64,000 nucleotides of DNA, taken from the human T2T-CHM13v2.0 reference genome, Homo sapiens. The notes under the pieces were generated by a model that saw only the letters and a program-made list of their open reading frames with translations, searched no databases and was not told the DNA's origin. The stretch lies in NCBI RefSeq assembly GCF_009914755.1, contig NC_060947.1; one strand, given 5' to 3'. This document shows, piece after piece, positions 13,256 through 28,227 of the stretch (positions are counted from its first letter, which is position 1; each line of letters begins with the position of its first letter). The translations under genes were made by a program, and so were the position numbers.

Positions 13256-14860
13256 AAAATACACATGCAACCATAGAAACTTTGATTTAATTAAACACCA
13301 TTTAAAAGCAAGTTTCCAAATGTAAAATTCAAGATCTGTTTTTATTTTTGTACAGTTACCAATTATTTTCAATTACAGTTGATGGAATAGTAGTTACCAA
13401 CTATTTTTGATCAATTAAGCCATCATAGTAAATACAATATCTATAAACCAACCACTTTAAATGTTTTTCAAACGTTATTGACTAGCTATAATAACTTTCA
13501 AATGTTGTGTTCCCCTTGAAGTGATTTTCAAATCTTTTGACTACTTGTGACTTTCAAATTTACTGTGACAAATATATTAGAGATGCCTGCATCTTTGACT
13601 ATAACATAAAAGGACAGATTCATGTTTTAAAATTAAGATGTACAGTGAAGTATCAAATTTTTTATATTCAGTCAGTTCCTTTGTTACATTTAGTTCTTTT
13701 TTTCTATTGAACAATACCATCAATAAATGTTCAGTACTTAACAGAAATGCCTAATTTCAAAAGCAACAGATTCAGAAGACATTAAAACCCTGGACTTTTC
13801 AAGCATTTTTTTTTGACAATTAAATTGGGTTGGATACAAAAATCCTACTATAGTTTAAAGGAATACTGGAAAAAAATGGTTCTGGAAAGCCCTGGACATT
13901 AGTAATTTGTCATCTATATAATAAAACATTTAGTTAATTTGTGGATTTGAATAACAATACCATACAGCTGTGCAACTACTACTGAGATCAGATACAGGGT
14001 TTTTTGCCCCTCAAAATAAGTTAAAACGAATGAAAATGACCAGCTCTGAATGTGAAAGCTTTCTATCATCATCTACTACAAAGAGACTCTAAATGGCAAA
14101 CAGGAAAAAAACAGGCAGAGGTTTATAGCCATAGCATTTACCATTTTATGGCTTATTTGAAAAACATCTTTATGTTGAGAAACATTCCATTTCAGTAAGT
14201 TAAAATATTTTCATTGTAACTAAATGAAGCAGGTTTTTCATTTTGCCTTTACCAAAGATCATTTTCTAACATGCCACTCAAGTGCCTCTTCGTGTGAATT
14301 TTTGCGTAACACTATAATTTATTCAACAACTGTATACCTTTACAGTATATCTAAATATATACTTACTACATCGAGTATACTGCTAGAAAAATCTACCAGT
14401 GGGATTAAAAATGTATTTTCTTCCCATAATGAAAATAATTCATGACCAATATTACCTGAAGTGTCAGAAGAGGAGCTGTCTTAAATTAATATGGATCAGG
14501 CCATTGGAAAACTTCAGTATTTCCACTTGGTTATGATTTTTTGTGAGTTTCCATTTCAGTTTTTATTGACCATCACGTTTTCTATCACAACATGACCTGA
14601 CAGTTGTATCCCGATAATTTGCCAGTTATAGACTGTGCTTATCTTCACTGTATTACAATATTGGACAGAAGTACACCAAATACGGCATTTTCAAATAACC
14701 AATATTTCTGAGATGTTTTATACCACAGCACAAGTGGCCATCAGTATATTTTTAAAGAATTATATATCACAGAACCCTGAGGCTTTAAAACACTATGGAC
14801 TTACCACTTTCTTGACAAAGAATTTGTAATTACAATAAAATATTTAGAAATGAAAGGACT
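13256..14860 (+). other. TENT5D: TENT5D 3'UTR (end approximate)
   Basis: Repeat-free AU-rich sequence after the stop; AATAAA at 13722, 13920 and 14834. Confidence 0.65.
14834..14839 (+). terminator. Likely distal polyadenylation signal
   Basis: AATAAA followed ~25 nt later by GU-rich gattgtgatgtcatgggt. Confidence 0.6.
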
Positions 14861-17800
14861 ATGATTGTGATGTCATGGGTATAGATTCAGTAGGTTCAAT
14901 ATTTTCCAGAGTGGTATTTGACACTGAATAGCAGAATTCTGAAGCTATTTGGAAATATCTCATACCCCATGTGCTCCCATAGCTTTCTTTGATCCCATTG
15001 AGAATTTAAACTCCTTCTTTCCTAAAAAGCAAATTATTTATGGTATTCTCCTAAAGCTTTAAGTCCTGATGGAAGAATGGCCTGAAAGCTAGGTATGTTC
15101 TCCTAACATTTTAAGCATGTATTTCCCTTGTAACAGCAAAGCTCTCAGAACTGCTATCTATGATTTTCTCAAGAGAAAGAATTTAAACCTCTTGAATGGG
15201 GATGGTATCACTGAAGAAAAAGCTGTAGCTTTATTTCTCATGGCTTGCTTTCTATAGATACCGTTACCAAGCTAGTACTTTGCTCCCAACCAACCAGAAA
15301 AATATCAGTCTTCAATAGTGTATGAATATCTCTCCAGGATTAGGCTAGTTCCCTTGAGAAGGAGTATTATTTCATTCTGCTGATTAGGGTAGTAAATGGA
15401 AAAGTTTTTCTGTAAATTAATGAATGCTAGCCTCTTTGCCAAAAGGAGTTAATAGAAGTTATTTTTTTAAAAACCCTACTCTAAAGCATATGACATCCCA
15501 TTACCAAAGAGAAACAGTATTATCTTTGCCTGTTTAATATGTAGCCATTTTATTTTGTACAAACGCAATACTGAGTCTTGGTTTAGGAAGTTTTTTTTTT
15601 TCAGGAACCTAACCAAAACCAAAAAAGAAAGCAATTTTTAATATAATTCTAACATTCATATCTGTGAGACAAATTTTGTCAGCTACAGATACATATTTTT
15701 TAAACCAGAATATTCTTGTATTTCAAAAATATCCACACATTATTATCAAACTTCTACAAGTAGGGTATTTATAACTTTTAAAGTTTTATATATTCTTCTA
15801 ATAGTGACTCATGCCCAATTTAGTTGAACAGAATTGAAAGAGAAGGATTAACTAGTTGATTTAATTTAGAGAAAAGCCATCTAAATTCAAGACAAAAATA
15901 TCAGAGCTAGAAATGTCAACTTCCCCTCAAAACTCGGAAAGCCTTCTGTGCCCAAATTCCATCTTCTTACATCAGCAAAGATCTATTAAAATACATTCAA
16001 ATTAGAGAGTTTAACATTTGTCTTTAAAGTCACAGTTTAGTTATGCATTGATAAAAATAAGATGAAAAATGCCTCAGATACAATTAAAAATCCTTTTTAT
16101 TCAGTGCATCTATTACCTGGAAGTAGTCGTTCAACTTTAAAAATATGGGAAGTTAAAGCATATAATTGAGAACATTGTTGAAGTTTTAAAGTTTCCAATA
16201 CTTTTCAAAATTACATTGATTTAAGAGCGCATATGTCTCACTCATTGAAGATTTTCAGAAATATAACTTACATTGTAAATTAACATTAAAACAGGATTGG
16301 GAGATATGTAGAACTATAATTTGGTAAATATTTTCATGAAGACCACTTTGATAAGGCATCAAACCCAACATTTTAACCTAATCTGGGATTTATTTCCTTT
16401 ACCATTGTAAAATAAAATGCATTTAACATTTTGTTTTTAGTTGTGCTCTCTATTTGGTGGTTATATTCTGTAAGTTATAATGTTAAAATTTATGTAATAA
16501 GCATTTGGAAATTTTATTGCTGACCCACTGCTCCATTTAATGAATATTTCTTCAGCACATATTGAAAGTAGCAAATCTGTTGGGATTTCAGTGTTTTGCT
16601 CTTAAATCCTCCATTAAGGAAACAGTTTTTCTTGAATTTTACAAGTTTTAACAGAAAACATATTATTTAGCATATATGCTATTTGGAAGCCAATTCAGCA
16701 TGTAACTCGTGATCTTTGAGCGTAACACATAATTTCTTTTGCTTTTTTATGGGGGAGTGTAAGGTGATTTTTTCACAATTTTCATGTTTAAGGCAGTGCT
16801 ACATGGATGTATTTGTTTTAAACAACAACAAAAACACACTTTTTGTCTATATGTAACTCTTGAAAGAGCAAAAGATAGACAATAGATGAACAGCTGAATT
16901 TTATGTGCATGTGTTTTTTATGGCCCGTCAAATAAACCAAACCTCCCTGTCCTAGAAAAATAGTATCATATAGATATACATTTTAGTAGCTCAGAGCAAA
17001 ATAATTAGCCCCTCTAAATGCATAAAATGACCTTTCTAAGAAAGAAATGTCTTCAGAGGGCCCTCTTTGAAAAAATTTTTCTTCTTAATTTCCAAATTAA
17101 AATTGATGAGTCGAATAACCCAACCCAAGTAATGTCATGGTAATTTTTTTGACAATTCACTTGTTATATATTTTAGATGGTAGAATTTGAACCATTCTCT
17201 AAAATGCTAATAAGTAGTCCACCTTATGTTATGAATAGACATGGTTCAGTCACACCTGGTCCTTTGGCTCAACTACAGAACCCAGAAACATGGGATTGAA
17301 TTCTTGTTTTAGTATTTGTATAACTCCAATATCAGTGGGGGAGGTTGATCTTCATGAAAATGACAGTAGAAGTAGTATGAGTGTTCACACTAATATTCTA
17401 TTCAGTAATTTCACTTTTATTATAGGAGGACAACATAAATAAAATTTGTCTATATAGCAGGTGGCTTTAATCCCAAAAGGAAAAATAATACAGGCATTGT
17501 CATATTTTTAACTTGTAAAATCAGAGTTAAAAAGCACATTCTTCTATTATGTGTAGTACTCACTTCCAATATTTTTAAAATAAAAATTGATATTAGATAG
17601 CCATTACATGTATGTGTTTTAAAAGTTATTATAAATGTTCACTTCTCCCGAGTAAAATTAAAGATTCAACACAAACATATGTTTGCAGATATTTGAACAA
17701 ACAGAATTGTAAATAATTTTCTCTAAGCTTCACATGTAACCTTTTTGAACGCAAAAGATTTCTACATAAATTATTTTCTTTATGGTTTTGGGAGTTTTGT

Positions 17801-19486
17801 AAGGTAGTTTTGGACATTGAGAGTTAAATGCCTTAAAAAACCAATGGTTGTTAAGGCAGTGAACTTCAGATAACTATTGTCTTATCGAAAGATTTGCCGT
17901 CAGGTAAAATGCATTTAATAATGTCAGCAAGTAAAAAGTGTAAATTTTAGCAGTTTTAAGGTTAAAAATTGACTTCCTTTAAAAGCACCTAAATACATAT
18001 TTCAACTGAAAGGCATTATATTCTTCTAGATAAATAATATGTGTACCAAAACAGAAACCATGCCAGGAAAGTTATCTGATTTCAAAATGTAGAGGACTAT
18101 ATTCAATATGCTGTGAATAGATTTCTATGAAATTCAGCAACTATTTACTAAGTTAGGGAAAGTACCTCTATAGAAGAGATATATAAATTCTGGTAATCCT
18201 GACAGTTTCCAAAAAGGGAGCATGTATTCCATTTTCCTGAGGACCAAGTTTTTAATTCCTCCCATTTTGCTTCCTCATTTTCTTCATTTATTGAAATGAT
18301 ACCTCTTTATGCTCACAATGATAAGATGCAAAAAATGACATCTGGGGGCAATTTGTTACTGTTTATATTACCAAAAGACAAAATGACACTATGCCAAGTT
18401 TAATTACTAGTGAGGGAGAGTCTAGAAATGTCATGATTATTAGTCAGGTAGAATTGTGTTTGTGGATGGTCCCGTTCTAGAAGAGAAAGCTTTCATGTGT
18501 GCATTATAGAGAGTCCAATTTTAGGAGTTCTAATATTTCAAGATTTCCCTTAACTACATATACTAACAAGACTTTAATTCAGAAGCCATGATTCTAGAGA
18601 TAAAAATTCACTTCTCAGTTCTTGCAAAACCCAGGAATTCTAGGCAGCTAAATGTGAAGAAATGACTTAATTGGCTTACTGTATCATTTAGAGCTCAGAC
18701 TGGTATAAATTATAAAATACCTTTCTTTAGTAAGAAGTGTCAAAATTATTTTAAGCATCATTACGTGATACTGTGTAATTCCTGGGAATTTTTAAAAGAT
18801 AAGTTGCATTTCAGTTTAGATTTGAATATATAAAAATTATAAGTAAAATCATTTAAACTTTTAAGAAATGAAAGCCACGTCAATTTAGATTTCATACATA
18901 AAATTATGTCAAATCATACAAACTTACACATTTTAAATTCCTATAGATTTTAAATTCCTATAGACTTAATGGTACATTATGATGTAAAACTTTTCCTAGA
19001 TGATTCACCTTCATAAATTATAATGCAGTATCATATTTACTGAATAAAGTTCAGTATATTTTATGTATTTTATTCAAAAAGATTAAATATTTTTTAATAA
19101 AGATTGGAAATAACCCAATGGATTATCTGCATTTTCCAGATCTCAACTCATTGTAATTGGACGATATTGTTATATGAATATGTTTTCAATTTGCCTTTAA
19201 GTTCTTTTGACACAGTTTAGTTGTTCAATTTATAGATGGCTGACGCTAAAACTATAAGTTGACATGGCAAACTCTGATTTGATCTTTAAATAAAAATGTT
19301 CCAGTATTTTTAAAACAAATCCCGTATATCTCTGGAAACCACATTCACTTTATATCCATACACTACCACTAGACTAAATAGAAAAGTATCATTCTCTTGG
19401 CAGTAGTCTCTGTTTAGATTGAGTGAAATCAGTGTTAGTAACTTTTCCTTCTAGTTTGAAATAAGCAACTACAACTTTTTTTTTAG

Positions 19487-19925
19487 GAAATTTTTATTGT
19501 GGATATGTTTAAACATGCACAAAAATACAGAATGAGCCTTCTCCTGTACCCATGCCTCAGCTCAGGTTGTTGATATTTGCCAGTTCTGTTTTACGTATCC
19601 CAGCTCTTATACACACACTCATTTGCATGCTTTTTTCCCCCTCTGAGGTATTTTAAAGTAAACTTCAGACATTATGTAATTTCACTGTAAATTTACCAGC
19701 CATGTATCTCCAACTGATAAAGTTTAAAAGAAAAATAAGCACTTTACCATTATCACACCAAAGAAAATTATGAATACCTTTATATCACCTTATACCTCAA
19801 TTAATGTTCGGATTTCCCCAAAAGGTCTCAGGAATGTAATTTTACCATTGAGTTTGCACAAATAAAGATCCAGCAAGGGCCACACATTGCCTTTGGTTTA
19901 TGTGTCTTTCAATCTTCTTTCAATC
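19487..19925 (-). mobile_element. Ancient L1 3' end (L1ME4/L1MC4-like)
   Basis: tttttattgtggatatgtttaaacatgcacaaaaatacag...ccacacattgcctttggtttatgtgtc pattern of old L1M 3'UTRs. Confidence 0.65.
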
Positions 19926-21388
19926 TTGTCAGTAGTATTTTTGCCCTGCCTCCGCCATTTCTGTTGTGCCATTTGTTTTGGGAGGAGACTGACCGTCTGC
20001 TCTGTAGAGCTCCGCAGTTCTGAATCTTTTTGCATCCTCTTGGTGCGCCCTAATACAACATTTTTTGAAGTTCTTCTGGGCATAGAGTTAATGTCTCAAC
20101 CTACAAAACAGAGAATTAAGAAGAATTAAGACACTTATTCAGATAATTCACATCAGTAACATGTCACTGTGTAATAAACAATGCAACAAATACCTAAGTT
20201 ATTTATGATCCAAACCATTGAATAACTGTGTTCTCCCATATGAAGCAGACCAAAAATAACTATTACATATGGCACAAGTCCTACAATACTGTTTCACGAT
20301 GTGTAAAACAATTCATCTGATAAAGAATAAAGTGAGAAGATCTGACTTCAAATCTAAACACACAAATTGGATCCGTAGGTATTTATCTTAAAGATATGTC
20401 TGAAGTTTCAGTTAATTCAAATTCAATTGTTTAGCATTAAATAAAATATTAGTGAAAGGAATTATAGTCACTGAGTGGGAAATGAAACAGAAACATCTAA
20501 ATGTATTTACCCAGAACCCAGTGAAATTGCTGACACCATTTCCTATACTATTAAATTAAGAAGAAGTACAGTTTAAGTAATTCAACTTTTTAGGAAAATT
20601 GTGAATATAAATATAGATTTATAAAAATTTTGGACACCTTTTTAGCCTTCTAGTTTATATCACCAGTTCTAGTTTTTTAGTGCAAAAATATTTAAGTGTT
20701 CTGAAAAACTTACTGTGTTTCTGTAAATGAATATTTTGAGCAGTATTTCAGTAGTGGGGCATCTAAGACATGACTGAAATTTCCAATGGTGAGTTAAATG
20801 TCAATCTTTGCTTTCATGTTGACTATATGTTTGTTAAATAAGAACAGTTTCTTACCATGTTGTTATTCATTACATAGTTCTGAAATGTGTAGCTACTATT
20901 TTGGAAAATGTATTTTACTGTTAACAAAAAAATTGTTATATGAGCAGTGTGGGCTCTTTTTGGTGAAAATTATTTTTAAATAGATTATAATAACTGTAAT
21001 AAGTATAACTGTACTCTTTATTATTTATCTAATAGTTTTTATACCTGTTTTGTCTTGTGCTTTTGTACACTATAAGGAAAAAACACTGTAGAAACTCTGT
21101 TATTAGATTAAAATGATTTTTAAAATAAAATCACTGGGAAACATACAGCAATGTGCCACCTCCAAAATGGGTAAATGCCTATTATTTCAAACATCACCAA
21201 ATTGCTTACAGTGTGTTCAGAACAGTACGTAAGAAGAAAATTTACCCTGGAATTTTTACAGAATCCCCAGTGATTTCATTAGAAGTTGTAAATATGGAGC
21301 ATGCGAAGAGACTGATCTTCAGTATATTATGGCTCTATATAATTGACTTTTACCATGTACCAAAAAATAACACCGCCCACATAGCTTG

Positions 21389-21556
21389 AGATAATTATCA
21401 TATTCTTGTAGATATCTAATGCCCGGGTAGATTCTAAAAAAGACCCAAAATCCTTTAGTTCACCTCATGTGAACAACCCTTGCCTCTTAAAAAAAAATGC
21501 ATTTTTTCAAAATTCACTCAGTGACCACTATCTCTGAAGAAATGATCTTCTTCACC
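21389..21556 (+). repeat. 168-bp direct repeat, copy 1 (copy 2 at 23845-24012)
   Basis: agataattatcatattctt...gggtagattctaaaaaagac...gtgaccactatctctgaaga...tcttcacc is present twice. Confidence 0.92.
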
Positions 21557-22047
21557 GATAGCTTCATCATACAAATGGTTTGCATTCATTCATTTCCCAA
21601 ACTTCATTTGATTTTACTTTGGTAAAGTTTACTTATCTTATTCTCCCTCTCAAATAAGTGTTACCTACAGTATGTTGGATAAAAACATAATTGGTGATGA
21701 AATAAATAAAATAACACCATCATTAAGGGAAATTTATCAAAATGTTATGATTTAGCATTGACTCCACCACCTACACACATTAGCATCACACATTTAGCAG
21801 AGCCAGATAGTGTATCTAGCCAGGTCTGTATGTGCTGAGCACATATCCAAGCAGTTATCATAAGTGATCACTCCAGTGAAAAAATAGATTTGAATAGAGG
21901 CTTTATTAGAAGAATAAGAACTATGGAAAAAGAAATTGTGAAGATAGCACAACGCTCAGTATAGTTTTCTTGAAATTTAAACAACTTCAGCAATAGCCTA
22001 GCAACTCTACAGAAGATTATCTTGTGTGAAATATGGATCAATGTGTC

Positions 22048-22246
22048 TTTTTTTTTTTTTTAACTTTAAGTTCTGGGATACACGTGCAGAACATGCAGGT
22101 TTGCAGGTTTGTTACATAGGTATACATGTGCCATGGTGGTTTGCTGCACCTATCAACCCGTCATCTAGGTTTTAAGCCCCGCATGCATTAGGTATTTGTC
22201 CTAATGCTCTCCCTCAGCTTGCCCCTACCCCCTGACAGGCCCCGGT
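22048..22246 (-). mobile_element. Short L1PA 3' end fragment
   Basis: Poly(T) followed by aactttaagttctgggatacacgtgcag...ctgacaggccccgg. Confidence 0.9.
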
Positions 22247-22936
22247 CTTTAGTGTAAATGCTCTTAAACTGAAAATGGTGCATTTTCTCTACATAATGTA
22301 AATTACCAGATGACTGAGGCTTGAAGTAAAAGACATGATTACAATAGAAAGCCCAAGTGATCCACCAACACTATCAAGATGGTTTATCCTTTAATATGCA
22401 AGGATAAGTTGTGCCTTGTCTGGCACTTCAAACTTTACCAGAAAGCATAGATACTTTCCACATTTACATAAAAATAGCCAACTGTAAATTTAGTAATAAA
22501 TTGTGGGAAATAACAAATGCAAGCCAAAAATATCCCTGTGTTTGTCCAATGATGTTTTGTTTGTAACATGCCAGTGAAATCATGGGTAATATTTTTTAAC
22601 CACCATTTACTTATGTAGTATATTTTATCAAGTACTGTAACATAATTTTGTTATTGAGCATTAGTAGATAAGAGATTTGTTTACTTTGAAAACTATGACA
22701 GTGATCCCACTAAGTTACTTGTATATTACCTAATTTCTGATTAGACTAGGTGATTGCTGCACTTTGCCCTCCCTCCACATTATTTCCAATGTCAAAACAA
22801 AGTAGAGACACATTATTCCTATAATTATATTCTCTTTTCTGTCCAAAGTGGATATGGTCTCTATTAGGATTATCTAAAATTATCTACTTGCACCATTTCT
22901 TCAAAGGTACACTTTTTTAAAAAAATGTGAACAATC

Positions 22937-23274
<338 letters not shown>

Positions 23275-23844
23275 TTAAAATAAAATTTTGTTTAAAGACA
23301 TAAAAGATGAAGAGTAGCGTGCTATTCCCCATCATTACTCACATTAAGTTCTATTACATAAAATGTTGCCCCTCTCAGCTGCTTCTATATTCCTCTCTTT
23401 ATCCTATGTTATTACAGAATTTTAATATCTAAACTCAACAGTTGCCATGGAAAGAATTACAACATTAAAATAACAAGATTAAAACAACACATTGAGTCTT
23501 CTTTAGAATATGCATATACATAGGAAATGAACCCCACAATTTCTCAACACTGTAGTAAAGAGAGACTCTGTTCCCCCACATCCACGTGCAAGCATTCATG
23601 GGTGTGGCAAGTACTTAATATACATGCAATGAAGGAAAATAACTTTCACAATTTCAAAGGGAAACAAAAAATTGATATACATGAAAATTGTCTTAGGTTA
23701 TAGCTAAAATAGTAAAACTGTTTAGTTTTCTAGACACGTAAGATGGTAATAAGACAAGGACATGAATTTGAATTGAGAGGAATTTTCAACTAACTTTATA
23801 GAAAACTTTCAGAAAATGAGTCTTCTGAGAGTAGTGTCCTGGGA

Positions 23845-24012
23845 AGATAATTATCATATTCTTAGGGGTTTCTAATGCCTGGGTAGATTCTAAAAAAGAC
23901 TCAAACTCCTTTAGTTCACCTCACGTGAACAATCTTTGCCTCTGAAAAAAAAATGCTTTTTTTCAAAACTCACTGAGTGACCACTATCTCTGAAGAGGTG
24001 ATTTTCTTCACC
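23845..24012 (+). repeat. 168-bp direct repeat, copy 2
   Basis: About 90% identical by eye to 21389-21556. Confidence 0.92.
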
Positions 24013-24480
24013 CACTCCAATGCCTAAATGAAGTAACTTTGAACAGCCCCACAGGGGAAACCCTTAGAGAAATTGCTAAGTGTGGCATTGTTTACTCCTT
24101 TCCAAGGACTCAGGCTCCTGTGCATTTGACTGTGCATCCTAGCACCACTACCACTTCAACCCCATCATTTTATTCAGCTCATACATGTGTATATCCTGAT
24201 GTGATTCTCTTCCATGGGCTGTACTGAGTAAATCCCTCCATGAAAGTATTAAAAGTGAATTCTGCTAATGGCTTTCTTTTCTTAGATCATGTGAAATATC
24301 CAGAGTGAAGTCAGTAAAACTGGTGGAGTAAAGACTTCCAAAAAAATTTTTTTGAAAAGAACAGATGGAAAAAAATGTTAGAATTAATATTTTCCAAACT
24401 CTGAAAATTATCCAAAGTCTTGCAAGAACACACAGAGAAAATGTGGCTGAATTTTAGTTAGAACAGCAAGCTTTGTGGCA

Positions 24481-25345
24481 TTTTCAGAGCAGTTGGAGGT
24501 TCACAGCAAAATCGAGCAGAAAGTACAGATATACATGTATGTTCTCACATGTCCCTTTTCCCTCACACACCCAGCCTCCCCTGCTATCAACATACCACAC
24601 CAGAGTGATGTATTTGTTACAATCAATGAACCTACACTGACACAGCATTGCCCAAAATCCAAAGATTATATTAGGGTTGACACTAGGTGTTGTACATTCT
24701 ATGGGTTTTAACAAATGTATAATTACATGTATCCATCATTAAAATATTACACAGCTGCAGTGTCCTGAACTAAGCTGTGTGTTCTGCCTCTTCATCCCTA
24801 CCTGCCCCCTAACCCCTGGCAACCACTGATCTTACTGTAACCATAGTTTTGCCTTCCAGAATTTCATACAGTTGAAATAATACAGTATGTAGCCTCTTCA
24901 GATTAATTTCACTAATAATCATGTATTTATGTTTTCTCCATGTCTTTTCATGATTTTATAGTTCCTTTTAAGTAAAGAATAATATGTCTAGATGTACCAC
25001 AGTTTATTTATCCATTTACTTACTGAAGGGCCTATTGGTTGCTTCCAAGTTTTGGCAGCTATGAGTAAAGCTGCTATAAACATCTGTGTGCATGTTATGA
25101 TGTAGCCATAAATTTTCAACTCATTTGAGTAAATACTAAGGATAATGATTCCTGGGTCCTCTTATAAGAATATTTTTAAATTTTTAAGAAACTGCCAAAC
25201 TGTCTTCCAAACTGGCTGTACCATTTGGCATTCCCATTAACAATGAATGAGAGTTCCTGTTGCTACACATCCTCACCTGAAATTGAAGTATTTGGATTTT
25301 TTGCCATCCTAATAAGTGTGTAGTGATATTTTGTTATTGTATTAA
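24481..25345 (-). mobile_element. L1MC1/2-like 3' region
   Basis: gagcagtt..aggttcacagcaaaat..gagcagaaagtacaga, tttgttacaatcaatgaacctacactgacac, aagaaactgccaaactgtcttccaaa. Confidence 0.85.
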
Positions 25346-27750
25346 TTTATAGCCCAGCAGAAAGCATTTCCTTTGTCCCTACAAAGGGAACACCCAGCAG
25401 AAAACATTTCCTTATCTTTAAGCCTACCACTCACACTGCATGTACTGGTCACCCTCATTGCTTGTGTCAATCGTGTGGAAGGCAGTTCAGTTCGTTTGAA
25501 GCATTCATCTTCCTATGCAAAGCTGCCACATGGATAAGATAATTCAGTCTTGGTATTTTTCCTGAGAGCCACCTACCACATATTTTCATGAGGTGACAAT
25601 GACCATACGCTTCTAGACCACTTCCTCACTACGCCCCATTCAGGACAGATATCGACAGTGTTCCTTCCTCATAGGACCCAACAGTTTTCCTTGTTTGACT
25701 GCTGAGTCCCCTTGATCAGGCAAAAATAACTCAAGCATTTCCATTGCTGGATTTTTGTGGGAGCATGAGGGACTGTACAATAAGGAAGGCTTCTTCACTC
25801 TGAAGATCACCGAGCCCACTTCAGTGTGGTACTGGGACTAACCAGTCCAATTATTGTGCATTGATTTTTCTCTATTTCTTGGGTTTTTAAATTTTCTACA
25901 CATTTTCTTAAATGTCAGGTATTCTACCCCACCCTCAAGAAAATAAAATTTTTTTAAAATACTATACATTGGGAAAGACAAATAGAGCAACACTTCTACA
26001 AGTAAAAATAGGCTTGAGGAGCATGACAGTGTAAATGCTTACACAACCAGTCTTACTGAGTATGCTCAAGAGTGAAATGTTATCACCGATTTGTTTTGCC
26101 TTTTTTAATCCTTAGGAATTAAACGCAATTTTTAACATAGAACACTTGATCAGTAATGAGTATAACCTTATGTGTCAATACTGTTGTACAAATTGGAGGT
26201 GGATGGCTTAGTTCAGAGCTAACCACCCTAACACTGATCCATGGCACCAAAGAGTAAACTGTTTTCATATATGTTATTAACATTCTTGGCAGCAGGAAAT
26301 TATGAAACGACCCCTCCTTTTTCATTTACATTGCCAAGGGAAATATAGCAGGCTGCAGGAACCCAGTACAGTTGTAAAGAGGGCTGTGGCCTGGAATCCT
26401 GATGCCACACACATTTCCCTTGCACATCCCAGGTCGTCTTAAGCACCACAAGATGATGCCCAGCAAGCCCACTCACTCTTGCCAATTCCTGCCCAGGAAT
26501 TTGATGGAGATGCCGAGAATAGCACACATGTCCTTTCTTAGATTGTACTCCCACTCCCCATCCCCCATTCTTAGCAGAAGAAAGCATAAAACATCTTTTG
26601 ACTTGAATATTTGCCCATTTCAGAAAGCCACACCGTCACCATATAAACTTAAAAAAATAAATCAAAACATTGTGTTCACTGGGTTGACACCCAATCCATT
26701 TCAAGTGTTCTCTAAGCATGTTTTTTAAAACCAGTGTATCATCCTTGAGAGACTTTCTTCCAACTGACCACTGTTCATGTAAATTATTTTAGCAGTGCCT
26801 TTATAACAGTGTTTTCAAAGCATCTTACAAGTTCCTAATTTCTATGAACTTTGCCACCAAACAAGTGAAGAATGGGAAATGGGAAGGAAAACTTGTTGAC
26901 AGCTATTTGGAAATCAGTAACAGTGGGAAAGAGGAATATGTCACATAAAAGTTTGAAGGACCTAGAATGAAATGAGCTATCTGGAAACTTACCCTGGAGG
27001 GGTGAAGATTCCCAGAATGTTAGGCAAGATAAAGATTCAGCTTGTGTAATTACACAGATTTGTTCTAAAGTCTTGTAAAGGACTGAAATATCAAGTCTTC
27101 CCATTTCTACTGGCAAACTAGAAAAATGAAACCCCCTGCATACAGGCCCCTCCGGATGCTTGCCTGAAAAGAAAACCAGCTAAGAAACTCTGGATTCTCT
27201 CCTATGATGTGTCCTCCTAAAGCCCAACTCAATTGCTTGTTAGCAAATCTATGCTTCTGAGAACTTAGGTCCAGCTATAGGCACTGCTAACAGTAGTGGA
27301 GTGAGGTAGCCGAGTGGTGCAGAAGAGGTGTCTCTTTTCGCACCTGTATGCAGTGATTACATCAGGTCGTCCCTTGGACATCTTCCTTCCATTCCTCAGC
27401 AGGCTGCACCACAGAGCTCTGTTCAGTATCAGGAGACTCAATGCAAGAAGAGTGCCAGAAAATCCAACTGATAGTGGGATGAGGATTAAAACCTTAATGG
27501 CTTATTAAGCAATGAGGTCTGCAATGCCATCCAAAGGACGTCCAATCTTGATGTTGGTCTCTTTCCAGGAGACATGAAGGATTCATGATGCCCACATCTA
27601 ATCCTAGTGTGGCATCCACTTTTGAAGCCTGGAGATTGTAAGCAACTTTTGATACACAATGAACTGGAAGTTTAAAAAAAGGAAATCAAAACAACCAAAT
27701 TGGGCCCTCAATGGATTGAATAATGGCCATCAACATTAAAAAAAAAAAAA

Positions 27751-27885
27751 GGATCTTCTTGATTCAGTGTACTGATACAAATACCAAGTTTTTTCTGAAT
27801 AACTCTCACAGACACCCAGAAATGTTTTACCAGCTATCTGGGTATCTTTTAGCTCAGTCAAATTGACATAAAATTAATCATTCCA
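27751..27885 (-). mobile_element. MLT2 (ERVL) LTR fragment
   Basis: ctcacagacacccagaaatgttttaccagctatctggg...cagtcaaattgacataaaattaatc. Confidence 0.75.
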
Positions 27886-28227
27886 TACACATTCATACAC
27901 TGTCTTATATTGTTTGCCCCAACATTTGAAACTATGTTGCAGACTTTATAACAATTTACCTCTAAATAATTCAGCATAATTTTTTAAGAATAAAGATATT
28001 CTCCTACATAACTACATTATCACATAAAACAAAATAAATAAATCTCTTATGTAATCTAATATCCAGTCTGTATAACAATTTTCCTAATTGTCCTACAAAC
28101 ATTTTTAGAGATTCTTTTCTATACCTGAGTTTAACCAAATTTCACATATGCTGCATTTGTTTTTACAAACAATTTATTTTGACTACCATATTTTTCTGCC
28201 TAAGACACATATACATGAACACACACA

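Noticed and set aside
13256-14830. CPE-like TTTTAT motifs suggesting autoregulation by cytoplasmic polyadenylation
   Set aside because: Expected by chance in such an AT-rich UTR; cannot be supported without conservation data
26119-27508. Cluster of 64-108 aa ORFs in the unexplained segment
   Set aside because: No recognisable domains, overlapping on both strands, and lengths compatible with chance
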